Positions 1-9,289 of a stretch of 64,000 nt of DNA are shown here, piece after piece. The stretch comes from Candidatus Marinacidobacterales bacterium. GTDB taxonomy: Bacteria; Acidobacteriota; Vicinamibacteria; Marinacidobacterales; DATDRI01. The notes beneath the pieces are model-generated. The model was not told the DNA's origin, ran no database searches, and worked only from the letters and a program-made list of their open reading frames with translations. Within the stretch, counting starts at the first letter, position 1; each line of letters starts with the position of its first letter. Position numbers and translations under genes: made by a program. The stretch spans positions 1,248,001-1,312,000 of the forward strand of contig OZ245365.1 in the NCBI GenBank assembly GCA_965226495.1. Direction: 5' to 3'.

Positions 1-405
1 TTCGCCTGACACATCCTTGTGGGCATAGTAGAGAGCGACTTAATTTCATATTCGAGAGTACTATAGAAGCTATTCCGGCACGACAAGACCAAAAAGTCTT
101 GACAGGAACAATGGGAAACAAATAGATACATTAGTGTGACTTACATCTAATCTGCAGTGGATACTCGATGAGCCGCTCCAAGCCAACTCAGGCCAAGCGC
201 CAGCTCCTGCGCAAGCGGGGGTGCCTGCACCCTCCCCAGCCTTCGGCGGAGCCGTGGAGCGGTCCGCGTCCCTTAGGATTCGGCGCGTTATCGTTCGAAG
301 CGGCCTGCGCGCTTGGATCGAGACCTGCTCTGGTTGGACGCCGCTCATCGACCCCAATCAAAACGCTCTGGCTACCTCCCGGCAGCCCTTCGAACAGGAG
401 TCGTC

Positions 406-1461
406 ATGAATATTCGCGCCGTTATCCTCTGCTCCGCACTTCTTCTTACCGCGCCTCTCTTCGCACGAGAAAAGACCGACGTGATCGTCATGAAGAATGG
501 GGACCGTCTGACGTGCCAGGTCAAGGAGCTCGACGCCGGTGTGCTCTACGTCAGCCTCGATTACGTGCTCGGCACGATTTCGGTTCAGTGGTCGGAAGTG
601 GCGCACTTGGAAAGCAATCAGTTGTTCATCGTCCAAACGGAGGACGGCTCGGTCTATGAGGGGACACTCTCCACCGTTGAAACGCCTGACGGCCGGCCGG
701 TCAAGATTCAGGTGGCGGAGAGTCCGGAGGAAAAAGTAGTCATCGACGGACCCCAGATCGTCCGGATGGACGAGACGTCCAAGAAATTCTGGCAACGATT
801 CAACGGCAGCCTGAACTCCGGGACCACTTACTCCAAAGGAAATCAGTCGACCCAGTACAATCTTAGCGCGCAGGTCGAGTATAAGCGAGAAGGCTGGGGC
901 GGTCAGGCTAGCTTCAACTCCACATTGTCCGCCAGCACCGGCGCGACTACCTCCACCCGAAACCAGATCGCTCTCGGCTCTCAGCGCCGCTTGCGCTGGA
1001 AAAACTACTTCTACTTTGGCCGCGGTGGTTTCCTGCAAAGCGTTGAGCAGGGAATCGACCTTCTAGCCAGCCTCAGTGGTGGCATCGGACATTACCTGAA
1101 GGATAACAACGCTGCGCGCATCGCGCTGCTAGGTGGCCTCACCGTTCAGAGGACGTATTATGAACGATCCGTCGTCCCCCTGGATCCGCAAAACATTCTG
1201 GCGGCTCTGATCGGTGCCGACCTCTACCTCTTCAAGTTCGACAAAACCAATCTGAGCGTCAGCGCCACCCTTTTGCCGGCCCTTTCCGAACCCGGTCGAG
1301 TCTTCTTCGGCACGAACGCCGCCTATTACATCAAGCTCTTCGGCAACCTGTCCTGGAATATCTCGTTCTATGGCAACTGGGATAACCGGCCGCCCGCGGG
1401 CTTGTCCGGAAGCGACTACGGCGCCAGCTCCGGGGTCGGCTACACTTTTGGTAATAATTGA
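406..1461 (+). CDS. DUF481/YdiY-like outer-membrane beta-barrel protein
   Basis: ATG 406 follows AGGAG (396-400). Signal peptide MNIRAVILCSALLLTAPLFA, then DVIVMKNGDRLTC, alternating beta-strand pattern and terminal GVGYTF. Confidence 0.75.
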   Translation: MNIRAVILCSALLLTAPLFAREKTDVIVMKNGDRLTCQVKELDAGVLYVSLDYVLGTISVQWSEVAHLESNQLFIVQTEDGSVYEGTLSTVETPDGRPVKIQVAESPEEKVVIDGPQIVRMDETSKKFWQRFNGSLNSGTTYSKGNQSTQYNLSAQVEYKREGWGGQASFNSTLSASTGATTSTRNQIALGSQRRLRWKNYFYFGRGGFLQSVEQGIDLLASLSGGIGHYLKDNNAARIALLGGLTVQRTYYERSVVPLDPQNILAALIGADLYLFKFDKTNLSVSATLLPALSEPGRVFFGTNAAYYIKLFGNLSWNISFYGNWDNRPPAGLSGSDYGASSGVGYTFGNN

Positions 1462-1561
1462 CCGGAGTATGGGGAGGCGCCGAGAGCGAGCCGAATGTGT
1501 TGGTGACTCGCTCGGGCCCTATTCCACGAGCTCGAAGTCGCCGGGCTTAACAGTCCGCCTT

Positions 1562-3222
1562 CTACGGCGTGTACCAGATCGGCGACGTGTAGGCGCGCTC
1601 TTGCGTTGAAACCGGAGCACCCTCGGGAATCGGAATACCGAACCGGAACGCGTCGTAGGTCGACCAGCGCGGGGTTGGAATCTCGATGACGCGGGCGTAG
1701 TAGACGGCCTTTTGAGACGCATCGAAGTCGGGATCGGTCCAGATGGCACTGAGGTCGGACGCTCCGATCGTATTGGTGAAATTTGCCGTGGCGGCGTCGA
1801 CGGTATTCCCGACCGCCGGCAGCTTCCCGTTCTTGCCCGGCTTGCGGTCGCCGGACCAGGCGACGTCGTAGACTTTTTCGTGGGTGTTCCCACCTCTGTC
1901 CATCCAACCCTTCACGATCTGGATGCGGTCCAGGTTGCCACCGATCGGGTCCTTGATGGCGTAGACCATGAAGCTCGGCGCTCCGCTACCCGCGCGCGCC
2001 AGCAGATCGCCGCCCATGGGTACTCTTCCTGGGCGGTAGCGAGAGAAGTGTGGCTGTCGGTCGAGCCGATCTGGCCGAATTTGTACGGGTTCGTGCCGAG
2101 GCGCGATTCGATCACCAGGCCACGCTTCAGTGCCTCGCGGGCGTACTCCCCGGCGAGCATGGCGTCGGTCTTGATCTCGGAGAGGTCGAGATTACCGACA
2201 TCCCACGTCTCGTAGTCCGCGAACTCGTCGTCGGGCGATAGGAAGGAGTGTGTCTCGCCGTCACCCTTGATCTGGGTCGTCTCGTAGAGCGGCTCCCAAC
2301 GGCGACGCTCGGTGACGTAATCCTCGTCGAACGCCCTCCCGTTCCACTGAGCGTCCATCGGGAACATGATGCCGTTGGAGAGATTGCCGTTGTGGGCGAT
2401 AGCGAGGACGTCGCCGCCGGTCTTATCTTCGAAGTTCGCCAGCCACTTCCACAGGTCGCGCGGATCGGGACTGCCTAACGGCGGATAGGTCGTGTAAGCA
2501 ACCATCTGCGAAGCCTTCGCGGCATCGTCACGATAGATGACGACCCGGTGCATGTTGCCGCCGTTGATCAGCGAGGTCCATTCGAAGCCGATGAAGGCGG
2601 TGAATTTTCCGGGATCGTTAAACTCCTCAGCCGCTGCGATGGTGTCGTCCCACGCCGACTTGTACATCAGGGTATCGGGTCCATACATCAGTGCTTCCGG
2701 GAAATCGCCCTGTGAGAACATGCCGATAAGCTCGAGCGCGACGCCGACCCCCTCGCCGGCCTGAATCCGGTTATACCAGTCCTGACCTAAAGGATCGGCC
2801 AGGATGTTCGGCTTGCCCGCGTACAGATCTGGAAAGAATCCCATGTTGTCGGAATGATCGGCGATGACCAGCCAGTCCAATGGGCGGGACAGCCTCACCG
2901 GCAGGCCGGCTGAAGCGACCACCTCGTCGCCGCGTGCGAATCGATACGCATCACGAAGGCCGAGCCGGTTCCCGAATGCCCCGGCGTCCATCGAGAGGGA
3001 AGTGTGAAGATGCGAGTCGCCCCAATACGGGCGGCTCGCGAACCTGCGCTTGGCGTAGGGGGAATAGGTCTTGCCCGAATAGGCGTTCGACAGTACCTTC
3101 TCTGCGTCGGGCGGCGCGGGCAATTGAGCCGACGTCGGGGTCGCGACCGCGGTAAGAGCAACTACGGTAAGAGCAACTACAACGAAGAGCCTGCTTAGCC
3201 TCTTCCTTACTTCAACCTCCAT
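1562..3222 (-). pseudogene. DUF3604 (PHP-like metallohydrolase) gene with an internal deletion and frameshift
   Basis: The N-part (3222 to ~2025) has GDSHLHT, DH, IAHNGN and GSTDSH. The C-part (VPMGGDL...[13 protein letters not shown]) is in another frame. About 97 aa present in the paralogue at 5433-7325 are missing at the junction (~2020-2030). Confidence 0.85.
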
Positions 3223-3253
3223 GGAGGAAGAACTGCTTCATCTATGCAGCCAA

Positions 3254-4204
3254 TTAGAAAGTGACCGAGCCAAAAATCTGGAGGTTCTGGCCTTCCACCG
3301 TCGCCTCCGCGCCAAATTCCTTAAAGTACTTCATGCCTACACTAACTCCCTTGGGAGGAAGAATAAAATTTACAGCAAATCCAAGCGCATGCACTTTATA
3401 ACGAACCTGACTCAGGATCGGATGTTCGCTGGAACCGCCATCGTCAGAGACTTGCCATTGGTTGTAGCCAACGAGACCGACCTGCATGAGCGTCTCTTCC
3501 TTCTGCAACGGAAGAAACATCATCAGGGAATAGTCGAGATTAAAGGCCGTTCCGGGAGTAATGCCGGTATCTTTGTTTTCAGTGTGGAATTCCAGGAGCT
3601 GGTAGGAGGAAAAGGTAAGAGCCTTATTCTTAGTTAAATAGAACGTATCGCCGAGCGTGAGAGCATGTCCCCAGTAACCGGCGCCTGAGTTCCCCGTGTT
3701 AGCCATGAAACCGTAACCAGTGTTGACAGCCCAGCGCTCTTTCTGCCAGCCCAATAGGAAAGGTTGAACCCAGGTCTCCGAATAACCGGCGAGCCCCAGG
3801 ACGGGTTGATCGGCTAAGGTGATCGAGGTGTTAGCAAACGGAAACGCTGCATTGAATGCCAGGGTTGCACCCAGAAGCTTCGTTTTGGTTACATAAAGAA
3901 AAACATTCATGTCAATGAAAACTGCCGAATCAAGCTCACTGTTGATGGTATCGCCTCCAGGACCCTTCAGCTTGTCAAAAGAGAAGTAATCAAAATAGTT
4001 CATGTACGTCAATCCTGGAGCCGGCAACATTCCAGAGTTTGTCGCGGCGAATCCCGGGACGTACAACGGCCTTGACTGCGCCAAGGCCGGCGTTGCCAGC
4101 AGTAAAAACGCAAGCAGTCCGAATAGCGCCTGGTTGACACTCGGAGATCGTCCAAGGTCGGCGTTGCTCAGCAGTGCATGCAGTCGAATATGCGCCGTTG
4201 ACAC
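3254..4204 (-). CDS. SphA / phenol MetA-degradation-family outer-membrane beta-barrel protein
   Basis: Signal-like LLAFLLLATPALA, motif YVPG..ATNSGMLPAPG, QVGLVGYNQWQVSDD, KYFKEFGAE and terminal F. The start codon is uncertain. Confidence 0.7.
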   Translation of the reverse strand: MSTAHIRLHALLSNADLGRSPSVNQALFGLLAFLLLATPALAQSRPLYVPGFAATNSGMLPAPGLTYMNYFDYFSFDKLKGPGGDTINSELDSAVFIDMNVFLYVTKTKLLGATLAFNAAFPFANTSITLADQPVLGLAGYSETWVQPFLLGWQKERWAVNTGYGFMANTGNSGAGYWGHALTLGDTFYLTKNKALTFSSYQLLEFHTENKDTGITPGTAFNLDYSLMMFLPLQKEETLMQVGLVGYNQWQVSDDGGSSEHPILSQVRYKVHALGFAVNFILPPKGVSVGMKYFKEFGAEATVEGQNLQIFGSVTF

Positions 4205-4206
4205 GA

Positions 4207-4297
4207 TTACCTAATTTAATGCTGAACATATGACACTTTCCTCCTGAGATCGCTTACCTAATTTAATGCTGAACATATGACACTTTCCTCCTGAGAT
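4207..4297. repeat. Exact 44-bp tandem direct repeat (4207-4250 and 4254-4297)
   Basis: ttacctaatttaatgctgaacatatgacactttcctcctgagat occurs twice, separated by cgc. On the minus strand each copy carries AGGAGG plus ATG. Confidence 0.95.
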
Positions 4298-4607
4298 ATA
4301 CATTCAACGACTACTGTTACCGAGCAATTGATTATACTACTGAAGAAAGACGAGTGAAGACTGGTTTTTTTTCGGGCTTCACGATTGGAAAAGTCTGTCA
4401 GAAGCTCGGCGTTCCAAGGCCGCCACGCCGCCACGTCTCGGTCTGGCCGCCTTTGAAAACTGTTTTGCTCGACGCGCGCGGTTTGCTATGCTTCGACTCC
4501 AGTGACCTCGGCCGCCGGAGCTCCCGTAAAGAAAGGGGGGTGACTTCACAGTCCAGAATCGAGCTGCGCCATCACTAGCAGGGTGGTTGACAAGGAACGA
4601 GACGAGG

Positions 4608-5269
4608 ATGACCGCGATGAATCTCAGAATGACTGCAATGTTATGCGCGCTCGGGACGATCGCGCTGTCCGTAACCGCCCCCACGGGTTTCCGGGCACAG
4701 GCGTCGGGTGTGGATCCGGCTGCAGTGGGAAACGCTGCGGCGGATGACCGAACTAGATCAGCAAGCTGCAACAGTTCAGCGTGCACACGGAGATGCACTC
4801 TTGAGGATTTGCTCGACACCGGCCAGCGGGTCGGTCTCGACGTCGCGGCGAGCGTGATTGTACGCCGGCCCAACAAGACTCATGCCGAACCCGTGGGCGA
4901 ACTGATTGATCAGGTGTTTTATTACGACGGCAAAACCCTGACGTTCTACCTTTGCGGTTCTGATCGAGGAGGTACGCTCTGCGTTTGTCGTCGGGAAGGC
5001 GGTGATCGGGGCGTCAGGTGCGATCACCTGGCTTTCAGCCGTCCGAACGTGGATTTTCAGGTCTGGGTGGCCGAAGGCGACCAGCCCTGCCATGCAAATA
5101 CGTCGTCACCGACGCGAGCACCGCGGAGTTGGTGAGCACGGTGACTGTCATGAGCGACTGGAACGTCGCTCCGGCGGTCACCGATGCTTTGTTCAGGTTC
5201 GTGCCGCCGGAGGGCGCTCAGCCCATTACGTTCATGCCACTCGATGAAACCAGCGCTTTCGGCCGCTGA
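4608..5269 (+). pseudogene. DUF2092-family periplasmic protein, degraded
   Basis: Family-like blocks RRPNK..., FYYDGKTLT, AFVVGKAVIG, GVRCDHLAFSRPNVDFQVWVAEG and LPCKYVVTD...DWNVAP...FVPPEGA lie in different frames. One frameshift is at ~5086 and an internal deletion is near 4950. Confidence 0.8.
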
Positions 5270-5432
5270 CACCCGTTGGAGGAAGAATGATGAAGACCAT
5301 CCTCACGGAGCAAGCGACAATGTATACGTCCTCAAGGTCACCGCCACATTCATCAGGCCGATTCGTCTGAAACAAACACTAGTGGAGGAACCCTTAATCG
5401 AAGTGCAGCATCGAGGAGCTTGGAGAACAGTC

Positions 5433-7325
5433 ATGACAAAAGCGGCAATCCTGCTGAAAAAACTGCGGCAGATTGTTATCGGCACGACGATCGCCGGTCT
5501 GAATTTATTGCCGGCAGCCGCAGCGAACCCGGAGCGCAATGTCTTTTTCGGCGACACCCACGCCCATTCGATGCTGTCGGGAGATGCGTTCGGATTCGGC
5601 AATCGCCTGATGCCGGAGAATGCCTACAAACTGGCGCGCGGTGATGAGGCAGACCATGTCGGCGGTTACAAGGTCAAACTCAAGGCGCCGCTCGATTTCT
5701 TCATGATCACCGATCATGCGGAGATGCTCGGCATTGCGCTGATCGCGTCGGACCCGAAAAGTGTCATGTACAACACGGACCTGGGGAAGGATCTCCGCGA
5801 TAAGGATCAGAAGGCTGGCAGCGCGCGGTTCGTTACCGCAATGGTGGCAGCATCTGAAAGCGGCGTCTTTCCAGAGGGCTATGCAGCTGATTCCACCAAG
5901 ACAGTTTGGAAAATGCTCGTCGACGTCGCGGACAAGTATTACAACCCGGGTAAATTCACGACCTTCGCTGCCTTCGAGTGGAGTTCGATGCCCGACGGCG
6001 CCAACCTGCACCGCAACGTGATCTTCCGCGACTCGAAAAAGGTACCGGACATTCCGTTTTCGGCGATGGATTCGGCGAAGCCGGAAGACCTGTGGACCTA
6101 CCTCGAAGCGGAACGCGAAAAAGGTAACGACAATCTGGCAATTCCGCATAACGGCAACCTTAGCAACGGGCGGATGTTCCGGCTCGTGGATTCCTGGGGC
6201 GCACCGATCACCGCGGAATATGCGGAACGAAGGATGAAGAACGAACCGCTGTTCGAGATCATGCAACTGAAGGGCGTGTCGGAAACTCACCCGAGTTTCG
6301 CACCCGAGGACGAGTTCGCCAGTTTTGAACTCCTGCCGGTCAACATGGACACCTGGCAGCGCGTCGAGCAGCAGCAGACTTCGTATATTCGCGAGGCCTA
6401 CAAATTCGGCCTGCGATTCCAGCAGACCATCGGCGCCAACCCGTTCAAGTATGGCCTGGAAGGTGGTGGTGATGATCATGGCTCGGCCCACACATGGGAG
6501 GAGTTTAACTATCACGGTGGCCACGCAGCGCTGGATACCACGCCTAGGAACCGGATGACCGGCACAATACCAATGCCCGGTGCCGCCAACAATCTCAATG
6601 CACAACTTAGCGCCGGTGGCATCACTGGGGTCTGGGCCGAAGAAAACACGCGCGACTCCATCTTCGATGCCATGCGCCGCAAGGAAACATTCGGCTCGTC
6701 CGGGGTTCGCATCCAACCGCGCTTTTTTGCAGGCTGGGACTATCCGGCCGACTTGGTGACGCACAAGGACTGGGTAAAGACGGCCTATGCGGGCGGGGTG
6801 CCGATGGGCGGTGATTTGAGTCTCAATCCGTCTGGCACGCCGAAGGCCAAGGGGCCGGTTTTCGCCGTGTCGGCGATCCGCGATCCGAACAGCGCGCCAT
6901 TGCAGCGCATTCAGATCATCAAGGGCTGGACCAAGGGCGGCGAGATGATGGAACAGGTCTACGATGTTGCCTGCTCGGACGGCGGCGAAGTCGATCCGAA
7001 AACCCACCGGTGCCCGGACAACGGCGCCACTGTCAATATCAAGACCTGCGAAATCTCTACCGACAAGGGCGATGCGCAGCTGGCCGCGACGTGGACCGAC
7101 CCGGATTTCGATATGACAGTGCCAGCGTTCTACTACGTTCGGGTTCTCGAAAATCCCGTGTGCCGCTGGAGCACCCGCGACGCGATTGCGGTCGGCATGA
7201 AACCGCTGGATGTGGTGCCGGCGACGATCCAGGAGCGCGTCTGGACCAGTCCGATCTGGTACACGCCGACGGGACCGGACGTGGCCCGCCGATCGCGGAA
7301 GTTTGAAGCTATCATTGAGCCCTAG
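5433..7325 (+). CDS. DUF3604 domain exported PHP-like metallohydrolase (intact)
   Basis: ATG 5433 follows GGAG. Signal peptide, then GDTHAHS, ITDHAE, FEWSS, NLHRNVIFR, IPHNGNLSNG, VPMGGDL and [13 protein letters not shown]. Confidence 0.9.
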   Translation: MTKAAILLKKLRQIVIGTTIAGLNLLPAAAANPERNVFFGDTHAHSMLSGDAFGFGNRLMPENAYKLARGDEADHVGGYKVKLKAPLDFFMITDHAEMLGIALIASDPKSVMYNTDLGKDLRDKDQKAGSARFVTAMVAASESGVFPEGYAADSTKTVWKMLVDVADKYYNPGKFTTFAAFEWSSMPDGANLHRNVIFRDSKKVPDIPFSAMDSAKPEDLWTYLEAEREKGNDNLAIPHNGNLSNGRMFRLVDSWGAPITAEYAERRMKNEPLFEIMQLKGVSETHPSFAPEDEFASFELLPVNMDTWQRVEQQQTSYIREAYKFGLRFQQTIGANPFKYGLEGGGDDHGSAHTWEEFNYHGGHAALDTTPRNRMTGTIPMPGAANNLNAQLSAGGITGVWAEENTRDSIFDAMRRKETFGSSGVRIQPRFFAGWDYPADLVTHKDWVKTAYAGGVPMGGDLSLNPSGTPKAKGPVFAVSAIRDPNSAPLQRIQIIKGWTKGGEMMEQVYDVACSDGGEVDPKTHRCPDNGATVNIKTCEISTDKGDAQLAATWTDPDFDMTVPAFYYVRVLENPVCRWSTRDAIAVGMKPLDVVPATIQERVWTSPIWYTPTGPDVARRSRKFEAIIEP

Positions 7326-7634
7326 CGGCAGATGGGGAGTGAGTAAGGCCCTGGCTCCTGGCGGATTCTGTAGCGCTTGATCCCGCTTCCCATTTCATAC
7401 CAGTCAACGGTGGTGGCACCCACTTCCGCCGCATGTGCAGACCACTCACTGAATGGTCGAAAACCGTGTCTCTGGATATAAGTATTCTCATCTTAGATGT
7501 CTATTGGCTCGGGTCTTGAGAGGCATCCTGTTCTTTGGATCCTTCTTGCTAACGACGACGCCGCGGCCTCGAATGTTGCCTTGGCGAGGCTCTGCGCCCC
7601 GTTCAGGTTTCTGGCAATGATCCGCCCTATTCCG

Positions 7635-9266
7635 CTACTTGCTCGATGGCGCCGGGGTCTTGGGCATGACCTGCATCGTGATGAATCCCTTACCCGTCGA
7701 GAAGTACACACGGCCGCCGTAGCCGGGCGTGATGAGCGAGCCGAAGGTCATCGGCTCGAAGAAGTCGGACTCGGCCAAGATCCGACCGGTGGCGGCGTCG
7801 CGCCAGACGACCTGCTCCTTGTAGTTGCCGGTGAACATGGCGTCCTGAATGGGTTCCAATTCCACATTGCGCTTCATGTTAGACACCACCAGGACCCGCT
7901 TGTCCTTCGGGCCGAACAGCGGCATGAAGGCGGTGGTCATGTCGTCCACCACGAAGACGGTTTCCATGTCCCCGGTGTCCGGGTCGAGCTTGATGCCCGC
8001 CAGCTTGCCGATGCCCATGTCCGCCGAGTAGATCATGTTGTTCTCGTGATCGGTCGTGGGCTTGGGCGGAGCGAAGCTCCACTCGCCGGGCTCTAGCGGC
8101 CCGAACGGGAAGATCACCTTCGTTCTCGTCGCGTCCTTCAGGTGCGCGGCGACGATGCTTGAGGCGACGGTCTCGCTGCCGAGGCCGTTGGTTTGCAGGA
8201 TCATCCACTCCCCCATCACCGCCGGCGCGTCGGCAGTGGACTGGCCCTTCTGCATCGGCTTGACGGCCCATGACGTGTCCTGGGAGAGCTTCTTCGCCGT
8301 CGGGTCCCAAAAGTAGCGCAGTGCCCCACTGTCCACGCCGACGTAGATCGCGATCCTGCCCTCGAACATCGTGATCGAGTGCGGCACGGTGGCCGGCTCC
8401 GGCAGCGAAAGGTGATCGAGGACTTCGAGCGTGTCGGGGTCGACGGCGACCAGATGCGACGGGGGCTGTTTGTGGCCCTCGAGCACGCCTTTGATGATGC
8501 CCATCGTGCCCTGGTAGCTGACGTCGTTGGGGAGGGTCTGGTTCTTCAGGATGAGCGTCCCGTCCGGCGCGATCGTCAGGTGCTTGAAGCCAGACTGAGA
8601 ACGCGGCGTGTCCCCGGACGGAAGGGAGTTCCGCTTGAGGATGAGGCCGGTGTCCGGATCGATCAGCGCGACGTTGTTCTCCCACGCGAAGGCGATCTTG
8701 CTGTTCGCCATGATGTTCAGGTTGATGGCGGAAAGCCAATTGCGCGAGGCGTTCGCGTTATCGAAGTAGGTGCGCCAGATCTCCTTGCCGGTGGTCGCGT
8801 CGGCCTTGGCGATAAACGGGCCCGGGGGCACCAGCCCCTTGAGCGGGGGATTGGCGCCGCCCCCGACGTAGAGCTCGCCGGGCTTGCGGTTGTTGATGTA
8901 GGCCGTGGCCTGGTAGTCGTCGGCGCTCCGCCAGGCGTATACCTGATTGGGACCGTCGAAGGAGCCGGTGAACGTCGCGCACGGGAAGACGCCGCTGCGC
9001 TCGCTGTCGGCGATTTCCGCACCGTTGAGCGACGAGTAGTAGCCGGGCGTCGGCAGCGCCTGGCTGCAGGCCAACTCCTGCTCGTAGAGACTGAGGTCGC
9101 CGGGCAGCGGGCCGTTCGCCGCGACCTCGTTCGGGGTCAGGCCGATCCGGTCGATGCGCTGCTCGATCTTCGGCTCAACGACCGTCCACAGCAGGCGGTA
9201 GGCGGCAACCGCAAGCAGAGCAACTAAAGCCAAGCCAGCCAGTTTCCAGTTCTTGGATCGACTCAC
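7635..9266 (-). CDS. Membrane-anchored hypothetical protein, probable beta-propeller; paralogue of 12194-13828
   Basis: 543 aa with an N-terminal hydrophobic anchor and PQQ-like repeats (DATTGKEIWR, DAATGRIL). Colinear with the paralogue. Confidence 0.75.
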   Translation of the reverse strand: MSRSKNWKLAGLALVALLAVAAYRLLWTVVEPKIEQRIDRIGLTPNEVAANGPLPGDLSLYEQELACSQALPTPGYYSSLNGAEIADSERSGVFPCATFTGSFDGPNQVYAWRSADDYQATAYINNRKPGELYVGGGANPPLKGLVPPGPFIAKADATTGKEIWRTYFDNANASRNWLSAINLNIMANSKIAFAWENNVALIDPDTGLILKRNSLPSGDTPRSQSGFKHLTIAPDGTLILKNQTLPNDVSYQGTMGIIKGVLEGHKQPPSHLVAVDPDTLEVLDHLSLPEPATVPHSITMFEGRIAIYVGVDSGALRYFWDPTAKKLSQDTSWAVKPMQKGQSTADAPAVMGEWMILQTNGLGSETVASSIVAAHLKDATRTKVIFPFGPLEPGEWSFAPPKPTTDHENNMIYSADMGIGKLAGIKLDPDTGDMETVFVVDDMTTAFMPLFGPKDKRVLVVSNMKRNVELEPIQDAMFTGNYKEQVVWRDAATGRILAESDFFEPMTFGSLITPGYGGRVYFSTGKGFITMQVMPKTPAPSSK

Positions 9267-9289
9267 GCTCCCCTTCTTTTTTCCAAAAG

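Noticed and set aside
4207-4297. Repeat considered as a mini CRISPR array
   Set aside because: Only two copies, a 3-bp spacer and no cas genes.
5505-7007. Long alternative ORFs (also 40265-41653, 43603-44925, 50482-51777, 61290-62519 and 10442-11509)
   Set aside because: Each overlaps a well-supported gene on the opposite strand or another frame and has no recognisable motifs. Such shadow ORFs are expected in GC-rich DNA.
7326-7634. Intergenic stretch examined for an ncRNA or gene remnant
   Set aside because: No recognisable RNA motif, repeat or convincing ORF.
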